Shown here in pieces: positions 54,101 through 59,996 of a DNA stretch of 64,000 nt. The translations under genes and the position numbers were made by a program. Position 1 is the first letter of the stretch; every line of letters begins with the position of its first letter. Location of the stretch: assembly GCA_017463365.1 (NCBI GenBank), contig JAFTPH010000028.1:268-64267 (forward strand), in the 5' to 3' direction. Under the pieces are notes generated by a model that saw only the letters and a program-made list of their open reading frames with translations, ran no database searches and was not told the DNA's origin. This DNA is from Bacilli bacterium (GTDB taxonomy: Bacteria > Bacillota_I > Bacilli_A > ML615J-28 > CAG-313).

Positions 54101-54864
54101 GGTTTAAAGTAGATGTTGAAGCTCAACTAATTGATAGTTTCAATGTAAATCATCATTTCTATATCAAAAATGAAAATAACGAATATATTGAATTATTAGA
54201 ATTAATACTTCCAAATGGTATTGAAGCACTTAAGAAAAATAATTTATCAGTATTTAAGAATGTTAATAAATTGGTTATTTCAAAGGATGTAAAGGCGTTT
54301 TCAGCAAGTACACTGGATGTATTACCAAATCTTAAAGAATTAGAAGTTGTTGAAGATAATGAATATATCACAATGGTAGATGGTAATCTATATACAAAAA
54401 ATTTATCTGAATTAATTAGATATTTTGATAAAGAAGATGTTAAAACCTTCGTAATTCCAGAAGAAGTTAGAGAGATTGAAAGTTATGCCTTTAAAGGTAA
54501 TCAATATTTAGAAGAAATTACTATTCAGCATAAAGTGTATTATATAAATAGTAATGCTTTTGAAAAAGATAATAATATTTTATTTAAAGTATACCGAGAT
54601 ACATATGCATTTGATAGAGTAAAGGATCTAAAATTTAGATATGAATTTATTAAGTCTTCTGATGAAATTGGTGATATTGATGGAAGTTTAGGAATTACTA
54701 TTAATGATGCGGTATATATGTTATATCACACAATGTTTGGTCAAAAATCATATCCAGTAAATCAAAGATTAGATTTTAATGATGACGGAACACCAGATGT
54801 AAATGATGCAGTATATATGTTATATAATGTATTGTTTGGAGAAGAACAATATCCATTATATTAA
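48157..54864 (+). CDS. Giant (2235 aa) secreted BspA-type LRR protein with about 12-15 copies of a YYNGTIEDWCNIxFED..NPM..FYML unit and C-terminal dockerin-like module
   Basis: N-terminal hydrophobic leader; repeated unit seen at protein and DNA level; C-terminal DIDGSLGITIND...YMLYHTMFG / DFNDDGTPDVND...YMLYNVLFG. Confidence 0.75.
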   Translation: MKKVLKVFICMFMISLGFLISEVILKVNAETVDIKGVEYTFELSEDGTYYIMTDVDIDSSLGSITIPSKYNGLPIKEIKGDAKFSNWNIKSYYFEGTFTDWCNISFENAGNNPCFHSGDIYMLNKTGDYELLTEINIPDGTTKISKYQFCGFYDNLNKIILPKSLKSIGESAFNGLGKCDVYYQGTIEDWLKIDFSNASANPLYSSGYRLYVKNSLNEYHIVTDITIPSDITEVSVVNFIGLNDVVNLTIPKSVVKFEKNFGYELDELKNVYYEGTIEDWCNITFEDNSNPMGYGDNFYLKTGSYYYKPTDLVIPNTVKIINQYQFYGFSQIEKITISSGVTEIKQYAFTNCTKVKEISLPNTLTMVGRSAFYDCDNLSMLVFPEGVKTIDSNAFGNCTKLKTVYLPSTLEKIDNSYVPATTLYYNGTVDKWLEVDDRITGSYVKELYCLDSKGVYQSTSNLVIPEGVTSIKASAFDYCQWIKTVTLPSSLVSIDKNAFYESSFITDVYYEGTIDDWFNLTIDVGGNPVEWADNIHFKDENGEYQKVVNLVIPEGITEIKGPGVSYFYNLKSITLPKSLKKIDGKVFLYCSNLETVYYNGTIEDWCAIELGITPMGFAEEFYFLNNGTYEKVTEIEIPESVKNIGKYQFYGFYDVKCVTISSNVESIGEKAFAYMTDLVKVVFKKNNNSVKIDSYAFASQNLIDVYYDGTIEDWCKIEFDDYYSNPLYYAKYFFMKDQMNEYYEVTELEIPKTVTNIGDYQFYGFDYLKKVTIPSGITSIDDGAFCNSGNLREIIFEDVNSLEYLSESAFYNCNKLENVYINKYSEKWASLIGFTYLNSSTINVYFKNDQGEYITKNEIIIPNGVEEIKEREFANAEKLEKIVISNSVKKISKGAFYNNISLKDVYYNGTIEEWCNITFEDYMANPMSYAEHFYMLNDNNEYYEVTEIVIPDTITSIKECIFFGFNNVTKVVIPNNITSIEKNAFTGCTSLIDIEIPNSIKSIGNYAFSGCTSLISIVLPNSLEAIGEFAFSSCTNLKNIEFQQGTLLKILERGIFNSCALEKIEIPSSIEKIANGAFRNCSSLKEIIFSEDGSLLSIDSYAFEGLTSLEKIVLPKTIEELGGYIFSECTSLKEIYISNNITDVKSSFDDCEDLEKVYFDGDITDWIKINYNDFWDVYKGEFELYLPNEEGVYELVTDLVIPEGIQILVNGSLINNLKNINSVTIPKGMVVEKAIFGTTKTINSLYYNGTVRDWLLNNTRENYYGSLEKIEHIYFKDLTGNYYEVTELVIPSGIEKISYRAFYGMKNLKKVVISSSVTSIEPYAFCYCTNLEEVVFEENSSLKNLAGYAFRECTNLRNIVLPDSLENINWEAFQQCSSLYYINIPQNLKNVSNSYTYGVQLKGIYNPYNVSTDILGDIVNYLTVVCNRKVSDFIVVDEDGYVFINDGYQYVLIDYLGEGGEITLPSFVKGQTYYVKSSVFKGREDITKVVLPKTVTKYGYLLFERCANLKEVVIPKTLKEIPEGMFYGCKSLESVVISEDSMLEIIGDDAFWGCENLREFVLPKNLKEIGVAAFSDCNKLRVIYNFSTYEVKIGASFQAGYLSHYVDVICTSYNDEGYMETDDGFVFLKLDGEYILIDYRGTSTEVSLPRDFRGNSYKIEKPILSGNQAIETVYIPNTITELNHAFFENCANLKKIVFETGSSITKFGSYTFINCKSLKEVILPEGLIDLGEYTFQGCQSLETIDLPESLEIIRTSAFYNCTSLKEIIIPNNVNTMYVYVFSECTSLEKVKLPDNLKDINYSLFRNCSSLTNIELPNGLEEIDDYAFSGCTGLKSIVIPNTVTSLGMECFKDCTNLEYVNMSDGLTEGAQALFSGCTSLVEIVFPQNIEYISGSMFRGCTSLTEIILPSTVTSIGWNAFSGCTNLSNVVISQNVKTIGEKAFINCTNLNSIVIPNSVKVINNLGITDKDSINLYYDGTLEEWFKVDVEAQLIDSFNVNHHFYIKNENNEYIELLELILPNGIEALKKNNLSVFKNVNKLVISKDVKAFSASTLDVLPNLKELEVVEDNEYITMVDGNLYTKNLSELIRYFDKEDVKTFVIPEEVREIESYAFKGNQYLEEITIQHKVYYINSNAFEKDNNILFKVYRDTYAFDRVKDLKFRYEFIKSSDEIGDIDGSLGITINDAVYMLYHTMFGQKSYPVNQRLDFNDDGTPDVNDAVYMLYNVLFGEEQYPLY
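54654..54861 (+). other. C-terminal dockerin-like module of the 2235-aa protein
   Basis: as above. Confidence 0.6.
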
Positions 54865-54869
54865 AATGT

Positions 54870-54903
54870 AAAAACGAACTAGAATTTCTAGTTCGTTTTC
54901 TTA
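54870..54903 (+). terminator. Rho-independent terminator (aacgaactag/ctagttcgtt + T-run)
   Basis: 10-bp perfect stem, 5-nt loop. Confidence 0.8.
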
Positions 54904-55173
54904 TAAAGGTTAATTTTTTATCCCTTTTAATGTTGAGCGAGAAGATAGTTATAAAGGGTTAAAATAACTATCTTGGTATAATATAACAATTGTAAGTATA
55001 AAATAAGAATTAACTATTTCATAGGTCAAAGCTCTAGTAAGCCTTAACTGACTATATTATATCATTATCAAAAAAGTTTGTCAAGAAAAATGAGTAAGTT
55101 TATGCTGACTGGGCATATCGCTTTAAAAAATAAATAAAATATGATAAAATATTAGAGTATAAGAGGTGCGAAT

Positions 55174-55548
55174 ATGAAAATTTATGAATCAGCTCAAGAT
55201 TATTTAGAACGAATATTAATGTTAAGTAAAAAAAGTAATGTGGTTAGATCAATTGATATCGCCTCAGATATGAAAGTTACTAAACAAAGTGTAAGTAGAG
55301 CTATGAAAAACTTGCGAGTGGATGGCTACATTAATGTTGATGAGAATGGATATATTACGCTTACTTCAAAAGGTTTAGAAGTAGCTAACCATATGTATGA
55401 ACGACATACAACAATTACAAAGTTTTTAACTACTATTGGAGTGCCGGTTGATTTAGCTTTAAAAGATGCTTGTAAAATGGAACATGATATAAGTAATGAA
55501 ACTTTTTCAGCAATTAAAGAATTACTAGTAAAACTTGAACAAGAATAA
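55174..55548 (+). CDS. DtxR/MntR-family metal-dependent transcriptional regulator (short form)
   Basis: 124 aa; AQDYLERILML...SIDIASDMKVTKQSVSRAMKNL HTH and ERHTTITKFL metal-site region. Confidence 0.65.
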   Translation: MKIYESAQDYLERILMLSKKSNVVRSIDIASDMKVTKQSVSRAMKNLRVDGYINVDENGYITLTSKGLEVANHMYERHTTITKFLTTIGVPVDLALKDACKMEHDISNETFSAIKELLVKLEQE

Positions 55549-55578
55549 TTTTTAACTAATATAATATAAGGAGAAGGT

Positions 55579-56085
55579 ATGATTAATCTTGGTATTTTAA
55601 ATATATATACTGGGCCTAATAACCCTTATATTTTTAAGCGTACTGCGGTAAGAGGAATAATTAAAAGAGAAGAAAAGTTTCTTTTTGTCGAAAGCATGAA
55701 ATATCATGATGTTAAATTTCCTGGTGGAGGGCTAGAAAAAAACGAAAGTCAAATTGAAGCATTGGAAAGAGAAATTAGGGAAGAAACGGGTTATGAATTA
55801 ATTTTAGAATCAGTTAAAGAATACGCCTGGATTAAAGAATATCGTAATGTTCAAGAAGAAAACTCAATGCTTGATATGACAAACTATTATTATGTATGTG
55901 AAGTTGGAACGCTTAAAGATAGAGCTTTAGATGACTATGAACAAGAGTATGATTATCAAGTTGTTTTTTTAACGCTTGATGAGGCGATTGAAAAAAATGA
56001 AGGAGTGTTAAAAGAAAAAATGACCCCGTGGGTCAAAAGAGAATTGACAGTATTAAAATATATTAAGAAAGAAGGTATTTTGTGA
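55579..56085 (+). CDS. NUDIX hydrolase
   Basis: Nudix box GGGLEKNESQIEALEREIREETGY. Confidence 0.7.
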   Translation: MINLGILNIYTGPNNPYIFKRTAVRGIIKREEKFLFVESMKYHDVKFPGGGLEKNESQIEALEREIREETGYELILESVKEYAWIKEYRNVQEENSMLDMTNYYYVCEVGTLKDRALDDYEQEYDYQVVFLTLDEAIEKNEGVLKEKMTPWVKRELTVLKYIKKEGIL

Positions 56086-56939
56086 AAATAATTAAAGACA
56101 TCACTTCCGATCAAGAAAGAGCATTTTATTCAGAAAGTAATACCGTTTTTCAAAATATTAAAATTAAGGGACCTGAAGATGGTGAATCAGCATTTAAAGA
56201 ATGTCAAAATATTGTGATAGAAGAATCAGTATTTGATTTACGTTATCCGTTTTGGCATAACGATTTGCTCGCAATCAATGAATCAGAATTAACATCAAAT
56301 TGTCGGGCTGCTTTGTGGTACTCTAAAAATATATCTATGAGTGATAGTATTATTGATGGGGTAAAAGTATATCGAGAATGCCAAAAAATTAAAGTGAAAG
56401 ATTCAAAAATAAATTCCCCTGAACCATTTTGGTTCTGCCAAGATATTTTAATTAACGGTGGTTCATTAGCTGGTGAATATGCATTTTTTAAAAGTGAAAA
56501 TATCGAAATTCATAACTTAAATTTTAAGGGAAAATATTCTTTTCAATATGTTAAAAATTTAACAATTTATGATTCATATTTAGATACTAAAGATGCATTC
56601 TGGCACGCAGAAAACGTCACAGTTTATAACAGCATAATTATTGGAGCTTATCTTGCTTGGTATGGAAAAAATATTAAACTTGTTAATTGTAAAATAATTG
56701 GAACTCAACCTATTTGTTATACCGATAATATTTTGATGGAAAATTGTACAATGGAAGAAACAGATTATTCATTTGAATATTCAACAGTATATGCGGAAAT
56801 TAAAGGAGAAATAGAAAGTATTAAGAATCCATATAAAGGGCGTATTAAAGCTGGTAATATTAAAGAAATTATAATTGATGAATATGCTAAACCTGATTCA
56901 CAAGTGGAAATAATCGCTAAGAATAAAAATGTTGCTTAA
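56082..56939 (+). CDS. DUF3737-like beta-helix repeat protein (GTG start overlapping upstream stop)
   Basis: 285 aa with internal 20-25-aa beta-strand repeats (..NI.I.DS.I..); family name from memory. Confidence 0.35.
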   Translation: MKIIKDITSDQERAFYSESNTVFQNIKIKGPEDGESAFKECQNIVIEESVFDLRYPFWHNDLLAINESELTSNCRAALWYSKNISMSDSIIDGVKVYRECQKIKVKDSKINSPEPFWFCQDILINGGSLAGEYAFFKSENIEIHNLNFKGKYSFQYVKNLTIYDSYLDTKDAFWHAENVTVYNSIIIGAYLAWYGKNIKLVNCKIIGTQPICYTDNILMENCTMEETDYSFEYSTVYAEIKGEIESIKNPYKGRIKAGNIKEIIIDEYAKPDSQVEIIAKNKNVA

Positions 56940-56962
56940 AGGGACTGTTGTCCCTTTTTTTG
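56939..56962 (+). terminator. Rho-independent terminator (aagggac/gtccctt + T7)
   Basis: seen directly. Confidence 0.75.
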
Positions 56963-57053
56963 TACATATAGATTCATTCGACACCTTTCATCTTGACTAA
57001 AAAAATACTTTAAGGTAAAATGGTGATACTAGAAAAGAAGGAGGAAGGAAATA

Positions 57054-57695
57054 ATGAATTTTGAAATAAGCAATAATATGATTATAAAATATATCGGATC
57101 TGATTCAAGTTTTATAATACCAAATACTTATAATGTTGATGGTATTGAAACAGATATTTTAATGTTGAAAGATTCAATTTTTAAATGTTGTCGAAAAATA
57201 GAAAATATTGTCATCTCGGAAGGAATTCAAATTATTGAAAAAGAAGCATTTTCGAATTGTGGAAATTTAATAACAATTACAATTCCTGAAAGTATTAAAA
57301 TAATTGGGAAAAGAGCTTTTTATGGATGCTCAAATTTGAATATGATTACAATTCCTAAAAATGTTGAAATTATCGAAGAGAGAACATTTAGTTTTTGTCA
57401 TAAATTAAAAGTAGTAAATTTCGCTGAAAATAGTCGTTTATTTAAAATAAGTTCGTCAGCTTTTAGATGCTGCGATAATTTAGAAGAAATAATACTCCCT
57501 AAGACGCTAGAAAGTATAGAAAGCAATGCTTTTTCTTATTGTGAAAAATTATTAAAAATTGTTATTCCTCCAAGTGTAACATTAATAAAAGAAGATGTAT
57601 TTTTAGAATCTAATAAAGTAACGCTTTATGTAACAAAAGGAACATATGCTGAAGAATATGCGAAAAAATATAATTTAAAACACGTATTACAATAA
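57054..57695 (+). CDS. Small BspA-type LRR protein without signal peptide
   Basis: 213 aa; 6-7 LRR_5 units; strong RBS GAAGGAGGAAGG. Confidence 0.6.
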   Translation: MNFEISNNMIIKYIGSDSSFIIPNTYNVDGIETDILMLKDSIFKCCRKIENIVISEGIQIIEKEAFSNCGNLITITIPESIKIIGKRAFYGCSNLNMITIPKNVEIIEERTFSFCHKLKVVNFAENSRLFKISSSAFRCCDNLEEIILPKTLESIESNAFSYCEKLLKIVIPPSVTLIKEDVFLESNKVTLYVTKGTYAEEYAKKYNLKHVLQ

Positions 57696-57734
57696 AAATG
57701 ATATAATATACTTAGAAGTAAAGGAGTATCCAAA

Positions 57735-58343
57735 ATGAAAAATTTAGTATTAGAATTAAAAAATAAATTACAAGAGAAAAATAAAGATTTAAATATTTTA
57801 GGAAGCGAATTAATGAGCCTCTTTAATATAACTGAAGGTGATCTTTATGATGAATGGGTAAAAATTGGATATGATGTAAAACTTTACGATAATGTTTGGA
57901 TTGAAAGTCCGACAAAATATGCGGGAAAAGTAAAAAAAGAATTTTTCTTAGATGAAGAAGTTTATTGGTACAAAAAAGCCGATGATGAAATGCCAGTACA
58001 TGAAATGTCTGATTTTAATGTTATTTTTGATGACTGTGAAGTGTTTACAGGTAGTGTTTATCGTGATGGGCCATTTGAATCATATTCAGCAACTTTAATT
58101 GAAATGGTTGATGTCTTAAAAGAAATTATTGTAGATGAACCAATTAAATTATCTGTTGTTTATTTAGCAGAGTGCTTATTGTTGCTTGAAGTGAATAAAG
58201 AAAAAGAAGTTAATGTTCATTTTGAAATTAGTGAATTTAAAGATCTAAGTAAAGAAGATAAAAACTTGTTATTATATCAACTAATTGTTTTATCGTATGA
58301 TAAACCGCTTATTGATACTTTAAAATTATTAAAATTGTGTTAA
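57735..58343 (+). CDS. Acidic cytoplasmic hypothetical protein (candidate RNase immunity protein)
   Basis: 202 aa, D/E-rich, no TM/signal; immediately upstream of the barnase-like lipoprotein. Confidence 0.4.
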   Translation: MKNLVLELKNKLQEKNKDLNILGSELMSLFNITEGDLYDEWVKIGYDVKLYDNVWIESPTKYAGKVKKEFFLDEEVYWYKKADDEMPVHEMSDFNVIFDDCEVFTGSVYRDGPFESYSATLIEMVDVLKEIIVDEPIKLSVVYLAECLLLLEVNKEKEVNVHFEISEFKDLSKEDKNLLLYQLIVLSYDKPLIDTLKLLKLC

Positions 58344-58357
58344 TTATAATAATAGTT

Positions 58358-58392
58358 GAAACGGTAATAGATTTATTACCGTTTTTAATATT
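58358..58392 (+). terminator. Rho-independent terminator (aaacggtaat/attaccgttt + T-run)
   Basis: 10-bp perfect stem, 6-nt loop. Confidence 0.7.
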
Positions 58393-58488
58393 TAAGATAG
58401 TATTTAAAATTAAATATGTCATTTGGTTTTAAATATTGGAGATTTTTGGTATAATATATGAAGATATATTAGAAAGAGGGTAATACTT

Positions 58489-59931
58489 TTGAAAAATAGT
58501 AGAAAAGTACTAATATTTTTATTATTAATATTTATATTTGTGCTATCAGGATGTTTTGTTGATAATGGATATATTGATATAACAAATGGTGACTATCAAA
58601 TTATTAATGTTGGAGAAGTAATTCAATTAGATATTGACAAAAGCGAAGATTTAACTGGCGATATTAAGTGGTTAATTGAAGGAGATAGTGTAACTATTAG
58701 TGTTGATGGTATGGTTACCGGAATTAAAGAAGGAATATCAACTATTACGGTAAATCTTGATGGTGAAACTGATATGATTACTTTTGAAGTAAAAGCCTCT
58801 GAAGAAATAGATATTACTTTAATAACTCCAAGTAATAATTTAGAAATTGGTAGTAGTTTATCAGTAGAAGCAATTTTAAGCAATGAAGAATTCCTTGATG
58901 AGGTAAGTTATTACATTGTGAGTGGAACAGAATATGCTAGTTTAGAGGGGGATGTATTAACTGGTATTAGTGAAGGTAAAGTAGTTATTGAATCTAAAGT
59001 ATTTGGAACTACTAGTAATCAAGTTACTATTTTTGTGGAAGCAATTTTAACAGACCCTTATGAAGGAATGTCAAAAGAAGAATTCTATGCTAATTATACT
59101 GAAGCAACAAGTTATATGGATGCATATTACCGTTCTTTACATGGATTTATGTCTGGATCAATTGCTGAACAAGATCAAGAACCAACGCTTGCTGAAGAAC
59201 GTCCAATGGAAGACGGGAAGTATTTAAAAAATAGTAATTGTTATTATTCTGAAGATGGAAATACTTATTTAGTTGTTGATGAGACAGGTAAAGTTGTAGA
59301 TATGGTATTCAAAGGTGGTGGGTATGTTACATTAGAAGATGTAGCCGCATACGTATTTGCTTTTGGTGATGTTCCAGCAAACTATAACCCAAGTAAAAAA
59401 GCTAAACCAACAAGTAGTATTTGGAAAGAATATTTGCGGGTAAATAATACCCAATTTAGTGGAAGTACCTCTAAATATCCATATGAACCTGAACTTCCAA
59501 ATATCAGTGGCTGTGGTGGAGATTTAAAATACTATGAAATTGACTTAGGAACAACTGGAACTGATTGTGATCCTAAATATCCAGCAATCCCGTATAATAA
59601 TGGTCAAAGTATTGAACGAGGAGCCGCTCGTATTGTATATAGCAGATATGACCAAAATGGTAATCAAATTATTGATATTAATGAAAAATATGTTTTCTAT
59701 ACTTATAATCACTATAATGATTTCCAAGAATATCTAAACTATGTTGGTGGTTGGGGAGAAATGTTTGGAAATGTCACAGGTGGTGGAACTTTATCTAGCA
59801 AAAAAGATTATAATCCAACTCCATATGTTGATATTATCTTAAAAGATTTCACTAAAGATTTAAAGATAAATAAAAATAATTTAAGCATCCCTGTTGTTTA
59901 CAAAAAAGAAGAGGAATTAGCTTTATTTTAA
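58489..59931 (+). CDS. Surface lipoprotein with Big_2 Ig-like domains and C-terminal barnase-family (RNase N1/T1/barnase) ribonuclease domain (TTG start)
   Basis: lipobox VLSGC. C-terminal blocks align to barnase: DVAAYVFAFGDVPANYNPSKKAKPTSSIW (barnase GVADYLQTYHKLPDNYITKSEAQALGW), GGDL...E (general acid), RGAARIVYS (RNSDRILYS) and YTYNHYNDFQEY (YKTTDHYQTFTKI). Confidence 0.65.
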   Translation: MKNSRKVLIFLLLIFIFVLSGCFVDNGYIDITNGDYQIINVGEVIQLDIDKSEDLTGDIKWLIEGDSVTISVDGMVTGIKEGISTITVNLDGETDMITFEVKASEEIDITLITPSNNLEIGSSLSVEAILSNEEFLDEVSYYIVSGTEYASLEGDVLTGISEGKVVIESKVFGTTSNQVTIFVEAILTDPYEGMSKEEFYANYTEATSYMDAYYRSLHGFMSGSIAEQDQEPTLAEERPMEDGKYLKNSNCYYSEDGNTYLVVDETGKVVDMVFKGGGYVTLEDVAAYVFAFGDVPANYNPSKKAKPTSSIWKEYLRVNNTQFSGSTSKYPYEPELPNISGCGGDLKYYEIDLGTTGTDCDPKYPAIPYNNGQSIERGAARIVYSRYDQNGNQIIDINEKYVFYTYNHYNDFQEYLNYVGGWGEMFGNVTGGGTLSSKKDYNPTPYVDIILKDFTKDLKINKNNLSIPVVYKKEEELALF

Positions 59932-59940
59932 ATATAATGC

Positions 59941-59969
59941 TTGATAAAAGTTAAAAAAAGTGGTATTAT
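59941..59969 (+). promoter_or_regulatory. Promoter TTGATA-17-TATTAT for secA
   Basis: seen directly, about 28 nt before ATG 59997. Confidence 0.5.
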
Positions 59970-59996
59970 ATATATTAGATAGAAAGGTAGGTATAT

